Of a stretch of DNA of 64,000 nucleotides, positions 23,301 through 35,356 are shown one piece after another. The DNA comes from Macrostomum lignano (lineage: Eukaryota). Location: assembly GCA_002269645.1 (NCBI GenBank), contig NIVC01003582.1, forward strand, positions 1 to 64,000, given 5' to 3'. Under the pieces are notes generated by a model, which was given only the letters and a program-made list of their open reading frames with translations, ran no database searches and was not told the DNA's origin. Every line of letters starts with the position of its first letter. Position 1 is the stretch's first letter. Both the position numbers and the translations under genes were made by a program.

Positions 23301-25886
23301 AACATCCAAGTATGCTTCCTGAAAGACGACCTTTTCATACATTTCATAGAGTTTCGATCTAAGACACTCAGCTTATTGACGGATAGATGCTGGATAGAGC
23401 AGCTATCAGTTTTATTTATCGAGGCGTAAGTGAAAATTAAACAAAGACGAATCGGACACAGAACCAGACTGGTTTATGAAGACCCTACGTTCCCTGCCTA
23501 TTGTTTGCTTTAATTTATGCAACCCTTTCAGAGCGAGCGACATCAAACAGTATCAGCGCTGATGTCACTGCGAGTGGTGAGTTGAGCTCGTTTCTGAGTA
23601 AAAATCAATTAAGCTTGTACAAGCTGGTGAGTGCAAAGGATTCAGCCATCATTGAACTGTTGGCAGCACTGGAGAGACGAGTACATCCGTTGGAACCGGA
23701 GCGAATACAAGATTGATAAAATCTGGATTCCAGCGAGGAGTATCTGGCGACCGGACCTCATCATCACTAATTAGTGAGTAAAGGCTTTCTGTGTTTAGCT
23801 GTCAATCACTTTGATCAATGTGCTCCTGTACGCACCGAAAAACCCTGTTATTGTAGGCAATTGGGAAAACTGAGCAATGTCGAGCGATCATAAAAGCTGT
23901 CATAAATCCCTTATGACACTCATAACTGAGATACTTGTCTCTATAGGCCATTAGGTTTTGACAGCCCGACCCGGCTCTAAACTGGTTCGAGCAGTTATAC
24001 TAATGCTCGCATTCTCGCAATTTTTATTCCAGCGCTAACGACGAATACTCCGACTACATCAACACCAACGCCATCGTGGAGTGGACAGGCAGAGTGATGT
24101 GGACTTTTCCTATTGTGGTGAAAATGTACTGTACCTTGGATGTGCGCTATTTTCCGTTCGATACGCAGGACTGCAACGTCACATTCATGTCGTGGACCTA
24201 TGATGGGTATAGACTGAACTTGAACCACACCGGAGCTAAGGATCAGAAAGTTTACTACGAGCCGCGCAACCAGGAATGGATGGTCACTGTTATTGTTCCC
24301 TGGCGGAGAACCAGATGTATCCCTGCTGCCCGGAGCCTTTCCCAGTGCTCCACTTCACCATCCACATGTACCGGCGCTATCTGTTCTACGTGATTAACCT
24401 GATCTGCCCCTGCCTGCTCATCTACTGCGTTTCCTTTCTCGGCTTCTTCCTGCCCATTGAGTCCGGCGAGAAGGTCAACTTGGAGATCACCGTGCTGCTG
24501 GCTCTGGTGGTGTTCCTGCTCATGGTCAGCGAGAACATGCCGCCTACGCCCGACGCTGTGCCCGTTGTTGGTGAGCATACTTTGCTGAGCTTGAATTAGA
24601 TCTCTGCAGCTGGCTTCTCAGTTGGTTGATCCCTAAGCACATGGAAACGTGTGAGCTCGTACTGTTCTCAGAGTCAGGTAGGCACACTCTGTGCCTTGAG
24701 TCAGAGTCAAAATTCCAAAAGCCCCAGGCCATTTTTGTGCACTAGCCCCCAAATAATTCTGGCCGGACACGGAATAGAACCCAGGCACTCTGGCGTGATA
24801 TTCAGACGCATCAACCGCCGAACTGCTCTGCCCTTGCTTGGTACTATTTTAGAGTTAATCAATGTTTTAGCGTTCGACTATCTTGCCTAGGCCAGCCTCA
24901 CTTGGCACCTGGCATGAACTGGGCATCGAACTCAAGAACTGGCTTCTGGCTGCGTCTATCGCTTTAGACGGAGACTCTGATCGAGGCCGAGGACCCTGAG
25001 CAAGCCGCAATTTCTGATTAGTAAAATTGGTAACGGCCCAACGGTTTTGTTGGCATTATGCCAAAACGGCTTAACAAAATTCCGTTCTTTTAAGTATATT
25101 CCTTTTCTGAGTGTTAATTTTTGTTGCTTGACATTTTGTCTGTTTTGTTTTGTGTATGGTCTAGAGAGGAATGTTGCTAGATTTAACAAATGACAAAATG
25201 ATTTTGAATCAATAACCAACAATAACCCCTCCGCTCCAGGCCTGCTGTTCAGCGTGACCATGGTCATGGTGGCGCTAGCCGTAGTCATGGCCGTGACCGT
25301 CACGTTCGTGTTCTTCGCCCAGCCGCACACGCCGCCCCCCGCGTACATCCTGCGGCTGGCCAGATTCTATCGTCGCTGGCGGCGTCGGCCAGCGGCTACC
25401 GCGGCTGCCGCAGCGGCGAGACGCCACCAGCGAGTTCACCAGCAGCAGCACATTCTCTGCGGGGGCTCGGTAGGTGGTCGCCTAGGCGGAGGCGGAGGCG
25501 GCTCCTTCGACTCCGATGAAGACGATCGCAGCATCGGCCTCGGGGGCGGCGGCTGCAGCGACCCGGCCGCCTACTTCAAGGAGACTCTGCGCGCCGCCGT
25601 GGCCGCCAATGCGACAGCCGCTGCAACAGCGGGCGCCAACGGCAGCTGCAAGTCGCTGCCGCTTCCACCGGGCCGTCCGCAACAGTCGCCAGACGTCCAA
25701 AAAGAGAAGCCCCAGACTGACGAGGACAACTTCTTGGAGGAGTGGCACTCTGCCGCCTTCGCTCTTGACTGGATCTTCTTCTGGGTCTTTCTGCTGCTCA
25801 CCTGTCTGATGTTCTTCGCTGTGGCCATTGTGGCGATGCCTGCGTTCACTGTAGTGCACCCGACCGGGCACAGCAGTGAGCACTGA
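15866..25886 (+). CDS. Nicotinic acetylcholine receptor alpha-type subunit (Cys-loop, cation-selective), apparent 1-nt frameshift near 24298
   Basis: Exons 15866-15944 (or alternative 19585-19654), 22923-23092, 23532-23576, 23667-23773, 24033-24570, 25240-25886. Motifs WRPDL, Cys-loop CTLDVRYFPFDTQDC, SWTYDG, loop C YPCC, ESGEKVNLEITVLLALVVFLLMVSE, and M4 EEWHSAAFALDWIFFWVF. Confidence 0.92.
15965..17345. repeat. 16-bp minisatellite (GTCTTAGTGTCTGCCT)n in nAChR intron 1
   Basis: Read directly; about 80 copies with TCCT/GCAT/GTCT variants; starts about 20 nt after the donor at 15945. Confidence 0.95.
18165..18567. repeat. Polypurine GA-rich low-complexity tract with an 18-bp unit (GAGAGGGAGAGGAGAGGG-like)
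   Basis: Read directly. It explains the ERERR and LSSP pseudo-ORFs. Confidence 0.9.
18880..19135. repeat. 10-bp minisatellite (GTCATAGAAA)n
   Basis: Read directly; differs from the 4.2-kb unit GTCACTGAAA at only two positions. Confidence 0.95.
19585..19654 (+). CDS. Candidate alternative first (signal peptide) exon of the nAChR
   Basis: ATG at 19585 gives MTLSRLWGNILVLCCGLGWIVET followed by G|GTGAGT, a phase-1 donor matching the phase-1 acceptor at 22923. Confidence 0.55.
19666..21190. repeat. Compound 22/19-bp then 22/14-bp minisatellite (TGTGTCATTCTGTCTTCCCTAA changing to TGTGTCATTCTGTCCATCTGAA)
   Basis: Read directly; the unit switches around 20380-20450. Confidence 0.95.
22110..22845. 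repeat. Compound 20-bp (ATCTGTCACTCTCAATCATT) then 21-bp (AAACAATCCGTCACTCTCAGT) minisatellite
   Basis: Read directly; the unit switches near 22600. Confidence 0.95.
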
Positions 25887-27839
25887 GTGGCAGTTTTGTT
25901 GCTGGCTGAGCCTGTTTTGTTGAGACAGTGTTGAGCACTTGATTGATTTTCACGCTTATTGTTTAGCAGTAACAGCTCATGTGATTCGATAATTATTTCT
26001 CTCAGCAGTGAAGCGCATTAGAAAATACCAATAATCAGCTCTGGCTTTTTGAGCAGGCACTTCGGTCTCGGATTTATTCCAATCTCAACCCAAGGCTGCA
26101 TTCACACTATGATAGACAATATTTTGTAGGACTAGATATGTTCATAAAAGTGCTGCAGATCGTTATTAGTTTGCGCAGAACAAAAACTGGGCAGAAAATC
26201 CCCGCACAGCCGACCAGAATCCCTGTGTGCTGCATCAGCGCAGGGTTCAGTGCGAATTTGCTCCCAGCAATTGGCGGCAGCGCTGAGGTTAGACATAATT
26301 GGAATGCTGAGCTTTTATGATCCCTTCTGACTGGACTGGCTGAGAGAGGGGTAGGGAGGAGGAGGCTAAGAGAGAAGTTGCAGTACCATGGCGGGCGGAA
26401 GTACTTCGATCAAGTATGCATATTAAGCTGCATTTTTTAGTCGAGCATGCACGCATGTTCGATAGGGCAACAGCTGAAGCCGTACTAGAGAGGTTTAAAA
26501 GTTTTTGAAAAATAAAATAACATACTGATGCATTAATGCATAAAACCTATTGAGTTAATGTTTATCACATTAGGAGGCTTGACAACAAGAACTTACGATT
26601 AGCCGTCAAATTTGCATTTTCTTTGGATTAGGCGCAGTCAAACTACTGAAACTGTCAGCAGCAGTAGGGTAAATAGCTTTTTATCGCCGAAATTTGTAAA
26701 ATAAAAATAAAAAATTGCTAGTTTTAAATAACTATGTTGAAATCCTTTTAGTTGAAATTCAAGTTTAAAGAAACGCTTGCTTGACTACTGGTGTAAAAAG
26801 ATGGTGCTTCATGCTCTGCTTCATGCTCTCTCTATCTATCAAACGACTAATGCATGCATAGGAGAGTCAATGGCAATGCTAGCTTAAAAAATTGGTCCTA
26901 TAATTCTCCTTTGAATGAGCCGCCATGCTCAGCAGAATTGCCGATCCCAGATACGCATCACGGTCGATACCGGGGCCTGTCTTCACCGCGTCTCTCTCAA
27001 CCTCTCTTTTTCCAGGCCTCCCTATAAACAATTTCCTGGCCCGAGTTCAGATAACGTAAAGCGAAAAATAACATGCAATTTTCCCAATGATTCTCTCTGC
27101 CCCTCTCTTCACTAAAACCCCCCAGCTCACTTTCCTTTCCATTTCCTCTTCTCTTGATGTCGTCCCTGGGGGGGGGGGGGGCGGCGGGAGGAGAGCGGCC
27201 CTGAAGATTGCTCCTGCTCTTCCACAGGGCCGAAATGGGATGCATTTTTAAAAAGCGGGGCTGGGGGATTAGCGAGAAAATCCCCGATGAGTTTGGCCAG
27301 CTGATGACTGTTTCAACGCTGCTGGTGACAATGGCATCAATATTGCCAGCTTAGGTGGCTAGTTCCTGTCATTGATTATGCATTCTTGAGTAGAGTACGC
27401 CTGAGATGCCCTCAAGAGAATAGAGTTCTACTGTTAGTAGTGCTGCAGAATGAGGCAGCATATTTACAGAAGCAGAAATCTTGACGAAAAAAGTAAAATT
27501 AAATAGTAGAAAGCAAAATTTATACTATAGAGTCAGCATTGCAAGTACACAGTGTTTAAATATTATTAGCCTAACGGTATACACTTGCTGGGCTATTTAA
27601 TATTGTAGAATTCAAAAATAGATATTTTAGCACAGGTGAAAATAAATTGTACTCATTTTTTCTACATGTACCTTCAAATGTGTTCATGCATTACGCTTAG
27701 CTCGTATAAGAGAAGAAGGTATACTGCTAACAGATGTCTGTTTACTGGAACAGACAACACTCGCGTTTTGTAACATTATTATAGCATTGACGCATTGTGG
27801 GTGCCTGACTGGTTTAACGATTCTCGAGATTTCTTGTTG

Positions 27840-28420
27840 GCCTACATGGTCGAAGGGGTGAATCATTCCCAGATCGATGTCGGGATGCTTGGCTACAAGG
27901 TCGAAGGAGTGAATCATTCCCAGATCGATGTCGGGATGCTTGGCTACATGGTCGAAGGGGTGAATCATTCCCAGATCGATGTCGGGATGCTTGGCTACAT
28001 GGTCGAAGGGGTGAATCATTCCCAGATCGATGTCGGGATGCTTGGCTACATGGTCGAAGGAGTGAATGATTCCCAGATCGATGTTGGGATGCTTGGCTAC
28101 ATGGTCGAAGGAGTGAATCATTCCCAGATCGATGTCGGGATGCTTGGCTACATGGTCGAAGGAGTGAATCATTCCCAGATCGATGTCGGGATGCTTGGCT
28201 ACATGGTCGAAGGAGTGAATCATTCCCAGATCGATGTCGGGATGCTTGGCTACATGGTCGAAGGAGTGAATCATTCCAGATCGATGTCGGGATGCTTGGC
28301 TACATGGTCCAAGGAGTGAATCATTCCCAGATCGATGTTGGGGTACATGCTCGAAGGAGTGAATCATTCCCTGATTGATGTCGGGATACTTGGCTACATG
28401 GTCGAAGGAGTGAATCATTC
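27840..28420. repeat. 51-bp minisatellite, about 11 copies, just 3' of the claudin-like stop codon
   Basis: Unit GGTCGAAGGAGTGAATCATTCCCAGATCGATGTCGGGATGCTTGGCTACAT; 17-aa periodicity in the ORF track. Confidence 0.95.
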
Positions 28421-28569
28421 CCATCCTTAAAGCACGGTTAGCACTGTTAGGATTTAGGATCGGGAATCGACACTTAAGGCCATCCCATCGTCCTATCGAG
28501 CAGTGGAGCAGTGTAGAGTACAGTTTGATGCAGTTGTACTTGGCCAGTCCGTACCAAGCAAGCCGGAGC

Positions 28570-31500
28570 TCACACAGCCTGACCGGTGTCGGCATGCTGC
28601 CTCCGAGAGCCAGTCCTGTTGCAGCACAGCAGAGCCCAAGGCCGGCTGGTCTCGCGCACCAAATCGTCCAGCATCATGCAGAGAGCCGAGGCCAGCAGCA
28701 GCGCCGCGGCTGTCCAACCCAACGCGTAGCCGTAGCCGTAGCGGTGCGACTGAAACAGCAGCTTCTGCACGGCGTACGGGTAGATGCCCAAGGCCACTGT
28801 GGCCGACAGGGCTGCAATCAAAGCGAGCGCGAGGCAGAGTGAGATTTTGGCTCCTATTGTCAAGTACGACGTACCAAATACAAATGTACTTTTAGTACAG
28901 GTTGACAATTATTCATGGAAATACAAATTTCTAATAGTGATTATAACAATAAAAGATCAATGTCAGAAGCTTCAAATTCTAGCGTTTCTTATAATTGGCC
29001 TAGCGTTTGCCTTGGTCTGGGCTGCGGGTCTACTGGCTCAAGATGTATTCAATGGATTAAAAGCACACAGGCAGGCGCTAAATAGGCATAAAACTAAGAT
29101 TAATATTCTCAGTCCTTAGCAGTTGCCCCAGATGGGTTATTCAGTATTGACGAATGACAAGCATGATGCACGATTTCAATCTAGCTACCATTTCGTCTGA
29201 AAGACACAAAACACCCGGCCAAGGCTACTTAACTATAGCCGCTCATAAATTATAACTGAGCTCTTTCCTTACCGGCTACAAAGAAGATCTCGCCAGCAGA
29301 GTGGAAGTAGTACATCTTCTTTGGCAGATAGCTGATACAGAGGCCCACTGAGGCGAGGCCGGTGCCCAGCCCGGCGAACAGAATGGCAAACAGCAACAGA
29401 CCGATGGACGCCTTCTGCCAGTCTGGAGAAATTGTGAGGTTTTGTCGAGTGATAAATACGACCGAGCGTTAATGTTTTTCCGCAGCAGAAAGAGTTCATG
29501 AGCCTTGCTTAAAGTGCAACGTCGCGTATCGCATATCGGACAGGTGCCAAGAGCCGGAGAGCTGCAGCAACGGTGCGCAGGTTTGTCCAACATGATTAAT
29601 TCAGCGCCCTTCTTTTCTGCCGTGACAGCAGACGGGAAACTGGCTCTGCTCTGCGTGAGGGGCAGCGCGCCACGGCTCACAGGAAAGGCTGGCGGAGACC
29701 CGGTGCGTGTGTTTGTGCTCACAGAGGAAATTAGGACTGTGCAGCAGGATCCCCAGGGGGATGGAAGAAAGACCAAATAGATGGCAAAGAATATGCTTAG
29801 TTGTAGTCCAGGCTGATTTAACTGCAAAGCAGGCACTTTTTGTGCATTTAGAAGCAGACAGATTTACGGTGCTTTGTAATTCACATCGTTTTGTTGTCAT
29901 ACATCGTTTGGAAATAGATCTGAGCGGATGAGGAAAGGGCGAGTCTGATGTGGAGAGTGCTGGAAGAGATTGGAATAAAAATAACTATGAATTTCACTCA
30001 CAGGAAGATGGTGAGTAGAGAATGCAGAGTAGGACTCACGAGTGTCAGGCTGAGTAGAGAATGCAGAGTAGGACTCACGAGTGTCAGGCTGAGTAGAGAA
30101 TGCAGAGTAGGACTCACGAGTGTCAGGCTGAGTAGAGAATGCAGAGTAGGACTCACGAGTGTCAGGCTGAGTAGAGAATGCAGAGTAGGACTCACGAGTG
30201 TCAGGCTGAGTAGATAATGCAGAGTGGACTCTAAGGTGTGGAAGGGCTCTATGGTTTAATCTAACATCTAACAAACTACCTTGCAGCCGCAGTTTCCCGA
30301 AGCCGCTGCAGCCAGCTCTCGGCGGGACGCTGTGATTTCCTGGTTGCAGAGTCGCCACATACGAGCTCGGAGAGTTCGGGCACACGTCCCACAAGCTGAC
30401 CCAACCTCTGCTACTCTCGCGCCAATGCCAGTGCGCCCCCGGTGCCACCGCAGCTCCCAACAGGGCGAGAGAGGCGCCTCCAAGCAAGGCGCCAAGGCAG
30501 CGCCAAGCCAAACGGCGCCGCTCTTGGGCGCCGGCGGCTTCGCTGTGTGGCCGGCGCTGTTCGTAGATTCCGACGCTGTCGGGGACGCGGAAGCTGACGA
30601 AACTCTTCAGCGTCTTTAGCTGCATCGCGAGGCCGCTCTGCCGCTGTTGGTACACTTTCACTGTCTGGCACTCTGCTGAACCGCCAGTTCCGACAATCTG
30701 TCACTCTGTCACTTTGTCACTCTGTCACTCTGTCACTCAACAACTCAATCGTAAAGCATCTAGTGAAGAATGGACCAACTCAAGCTGACAGTCTCGCTGA
30801 TCAAAGCTGAGCGACTCTTTACAGAGAGAAGGCAGGGGCAGAATTAAATGCAAGTAACCAAAAGAACGGCAGAGAGAGAGGGAAGGAGAGGGGGCGAGTA
30901 GAACAGGAATGGCAAGTGAATTTGGACTGAGAGCAGCCAATCGAGGGATGGGGGGCGAGGAGATGCGGCTCCCAGCTTCCGCAGCCATGCTCTAGTTTCC
31001 TCGTCTCCCCTTCTCCTCTTCTCCCATCTTCCTCTGTTAGGCTTATGGCCTCAGTTTTTTTGAGTAGCCACGGCAATGCCAGTTAAAGAGGGAAGCATAG
31101 AAAAGCTGGGGTGTGAGCACAGTTGTTCGCAGCTGTGGCAATTCCTGTCTCTCTTTCTTTGCCCGCTTGTCTTTTTTCTGCGTGAGCGTTTTTCTCGTTG
31201 TACCGCAAGGAGGAGGGGGCTGGCTCTGATGCATTGCTAGAGTCCCTTCTGGACTGCCTGCCCACCTGGCTCCATGCATTTGTCGAATTAATTTGATGCT
31301 GCTGGGATGCTGGTGTGGTCTGTCTCTTTGCAGCTTCCATCTCAACATCTGTCTGTCTCTTGATGAAGCATTGCAAACCACGTGAATTTGGTAGTTAGTT
31401 CAGTTGGTGATAAGCTATAACTTAATACTTCTAAAAATTCATGGACCGCGGGCAGAAAGCTGCATCTAATTTGCATTAAATTTTAGTTGCGAACGAGTGC

Positions 31501-34500
31501 ATGAGCACTGAGTTTATGAGCGCCAGCAGCATTTTATAATCATTTATCCCTTTTTCTTCCCTGTCTCACTCGCATCAACTTCGATCCCCAATACCGCCTC
31601 CCTCTTCTGCTCCTCAAAATAAACGCCTGCTCATGATAAATGAGGCCCTCCAATGTCATTAAAAACCAGCAGAGCTCTCACCCCTTCCATCGGTGTGAGA
31701 GTCTGTTGAGCCGAAATTGCCAACACAGGTGTCATTGAGCTGATAGCAGGTCTGCCACAGGCCGGAGCGAGCCAGAGTGCTATTATCTGCGCGTGTGTCA
31801 TTGGCCAATTTGTGTTTTGTTAGACATACGGCTACACCGGAATAAAATAAAGCTTTCAAATAATTATAAAACATCTCTAGCTATACTACTACTACCGATA
31901 ATAAAGTAGCACGTTTGGTACGCCACGCGGAGAATATGCAAAGCCGTAGCTTAGTTACGAGAAAGATGATGCCGGATAATGTGTACTTTTGCCTAGTTTC
32001 GCTAGCTTGTGGAGAAAATATTGTCAGTGTAAAACAGCTCGCATTTGGTTTGGCTAGAACCCAGGTGATTGAGTAGAACCCAGGTGATTGAGTAGAACCC
32101 AGGCGATTAAGTAGAACCCACGTGATTGAGTAGAACCCAGGTGATTGAGTAGAACCCAGCTGATTGAGTAGAACCCAGCTGATTGAGTAGAACCCAGGTG
32201 ATTGACTAGAACCATGCAGGTGATTGACTAGAACCCAGGTGATTGACTAGAACCATGCAGGTGATTGACTAGAACCCAGGTAATTGACTAGAACCCAGGT
32301 GATTGACTAGAACCCAGGTGATTGAGTAGAACCCAGGTGATTGACTGGAACCCAAGTGATTGACTAGAACCCAGGTGATTGACTAGAACCATGCAGGTGA
32401 TTGACTAGAACCCAGGTGATTGACTAGAACCCAGGTGATTGACTAGAACCCAGGTGATTGACTAGAACCCAGGTGATTGAGTAGAACCCAGGTGATTGAG
32501 TAGAACCCAGGTGATTGAGTAGAACCCAGGTGATTGAGTAGAACTTAGGTGATTGAATAGGGATAGCTACATGTATGCCTATAAAGTCAAAGGTACTGGG
32601 TCTGAGCTAATTCTGAGTATTTAGAAGTGAAATTAAACGATTTTAACCTGCAACCTGCACGCGCTTGCCTTAAGTAAGTGCTCAAAAAATTAGAGGTGCA
32701 TAGTTGTACCGTTACTGTTTTAAATAGTGCTTAAATCACCGGTTTGGGAGGTTGCCATTATTATCAATACTACAATGCACCCTCTTTGACAGCATTACGC
32801 TCGTACTTATGCTTTGATGTGACGGTTCGTTGGTTTGTTAGCTGGGTACCTGTGTTCGTTTTATTGATTAGCTTTATTCAATTAGACTTTATTCTGCTAA
32901 CTTGGTCACTTAACTTTATTCAATTCCAAACTTCTATGTACTCTGTAAACCAATGCGTACTCTGTGCAATTCAGTGTACATCATTGCGCTAGCCTTGCCT
33001 CGCCCCTTAAGTCTCTCCACTTACTCAGCCATATAATGCACCAGTGAAGTTCAATATTCACAATATTTAACTTATTGCACTCGATCTGTGCTTCGTCAAG
33101 CAACTTAGACTGTTGCACTACTGCAAATATATCGCAAGAATTTATACTCGCTTAAACAACATTCGATTCCTGACTTTCGCGTCACGTCATGCTTGAAGCT
33201 TAATCCCCTTTTGTTGCAATAAATTTGGAGACAGACTCATAGAACCCTTTGGACTATTTTTCACCATAGCAGACCCTTAGTCTATCTGTTTGATCTAGGG
33301 GTGTTTAGGACGGCAATTCAGGACGGGTTCGAACTCCGAACCCCGACCCGAACATTTTTTCAAACCCCGAACCCGGTACCAAAACCTGACGAAGCAATTG
33401 CTATCATTAACCCCCCATCATTAGCAGTGGCTGTGACTTCTCGTGACAATTTTCTGGTCACTTAGGGGGCCTCACCGGCTCTTATTCGATCCGAGCTGCA
33501 TCAAACTAATCCAGCATCATCCGATTTCGTGCCCTCTTCGTCCACTTCAAATTTCCGGGAGTCCACGATGAAGATCTTGCTAATTCTCTGAGTCCCGCGA
33601 GGTGACTGAGGAGCCGGCCAGCTAGGGGGGGGGGTTCTCCTGCTCCATTTTCCTCCCTTCCTCAATTCCTCAACTCGAAAATGCTCGACAGGGAGAAAAT
33701 TGAGACGGTAAGGCACTGGGAGGGCTCTTGATTCGCCTAATGCAATCGGACATTCTTTCGTGCATTTAGGCCATGCATTTAAACAGGTTAAATCGTGCAT
33801 CAATTTTCTGCTTTACAATGTCTTCTACTTCTGAAGCTGGATCGCTGCTTAAAATACAATACAGTTCATGTTCGTTGCTTTCAATTAACTTAACCTTGTA
33901 CTTTTGTTGGACAATTTTTTTGCTTAGCCACCTGTAGAAGCCCTCTTGCAACTTCGCAAAGTTACCGCTAAAAGCCAATGGCTACGAGAGTACCAATGAA
34001 GGTGATTCCTACCAAACAGCACGGTTCAGCATGCAGGCGGTTAAACAGACCTAAAAATCTGAAATTATAATTAAATTTCAAGTGTTCCCAAAACTCTAAA
34101 TATCTCTAGCGCTTAAAATTTACCGAATTTTTCCTCCTTTGAAAGTTCAGGCTGTGAGACCCATATAATAATTAATTGATTACACCTGCCCCAATTGAAC
34201 CAGATGTGCAACCAGATGTCAGCGGGCGCATCTGAAGACTGCGTACGGCTGTTCAGTCCAAGGACTGGGGGGTCGCCACACACCCTCAATTACCCCAACT
34301 ATTGCTGCAAGGCACCCATTTTGCAGCTGGGTGAACTGAAGCAATGCTTAAGTGTCTTGCTCAAGGAAACAAATTATTCCAGGGGGAATCTTCACGTCGT
34401 GAGTCCGACGCTTTAACAACTGGACTGAAACACCCCAAAACCAAGAGAGACCCCCAAACGCGTAGTCCTGAAGGCCTTTTAAGCAACTTACCCAGCGAGT

Positions 34501-35356
34501 GGTAGGACCAGGAGGCGGTGGACAAGCAGATCAACAGGCAGGGAGCTGCCAGTGTCGCCATTGCCGCAGCAACCAAGCGACTGCGCACAAAAGTCGGATG
34601 CTCCCAGTAGGCTCGCAGCCGGTTCCACTGCGTGTTGCTCAACTCCTGCGCGAAGCTGCCAGCGTAGCTCACCTTCGACCGTCGGCCTCCGATGCCAATT
34701 AATTCGCCTCCACCAGCTGCTCGACTCCGTCGCTGCTGCTGCTGTTGTCGCAGGTGCAGTCGCTGTTTCTCCGGAGCCATCAGGGCCGCGCATTCTTGGC
34801 GCGCTTTCAATATCGGCGTTGTCAGACGCGCTTCTTCCTCGGCCTCGGCCTGAGCGACAGCCGCTGCAGCTGCCACTGCTGCCTCTGCTGCCGCGGATGC
34901 TTCAACTCGGGGCTCCTCTTTTATCCGGAGCTGCCGCCGCTGCTGCAGAGAGGCGCGTCGTTGGCGAGACCAGCGTGACCAGGCCGATGTGCCGTCGTCT
35001 GGATCCTCGGCCGCCGACACAGCACCGGCGGATTCAACACCCGACGAACGCAGTTGGAGTGTTGAAGGTCGACCACTAGGAGATGGCGGTGGCTGCTGCT
35101 GCTGCTGCGATGGCGGCTCCTCCTCGGAGGCACCACGAATCGGCGAAGCTGACGGAGAAATCTCTACGCTGCTGCCAAGGCCCGTGTCGCCGCTGTTCTG
35201 CTGCCATGGTAGCGCAGCAGAAGCGGCACCGGTTGCCGCGTCGCCTTTGAAGCCGCTGCGCGTTCGAAAACGTCTCTGCTGGGTTCGCGCGACTGAGGCC
35301 TGCGGCACCCCCAGGAGTCCGGCTGTGTCCTCAGTCATGGCGTCCTGAATAGGCAT
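28570..35356 (-). CDS. PMP22/EMP/MP20/claudin-superfamily tetraspan protein, isoform A (long low-complexity N-terminus)
   Basis: Exons 34492-35356, 31682-31786, 29273-29422, 28570-28811, all phase-1 GT-AG introns. Spliced product has four TM segments, ECL1 W...SGLWQTC...C, YYFHSAGEIFF, and YGYGYALGWTAAALLLASA. Confidence 0.8.
30010..30225. repeat. 39-bp minisatellite, about 5 copies
   Basis: Unit GAGTAGAGAATGCAGAGTAGGACTCACGAGTGTCAGGCT. Confidence 0.9.
30280..30661 (-). CDS. Alternative first exon (own TM1 and ECL1) of the claudin-like gene, isoform B
   Basis: ATG 30661 (or the MQLK ATG downstream), TM LGALLGGASLALLGAAVA, then W..GWVSLWDVC...C, ending CAA G|GTAGTT. The phase-1 donor fits the acceptor at 29422. 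Confidence 0.6.
32053..32555. repeat. 19-bp minisatellite (TAGAACCCAGGTGATTGA[GC])n
   Basis: Read directly; includes CATG-insertion variants. Confidence 0.95.

Noticed and set aside
27684-28595. 303-aa and 174-aa repeat ORFs (HSFDHVAKHPDIDLGMI; VEGVNHSQIDVGMLGYM)
   Set aside because: A 51-bp minisatellite open on both strands in the claudin 3' region; no splice or domain support.
29430-29900. GC-richer patch as an extra claudin exon or nested gene
   Set aside because: No frame gave TM or domain-like sequence with compatible splice sites.
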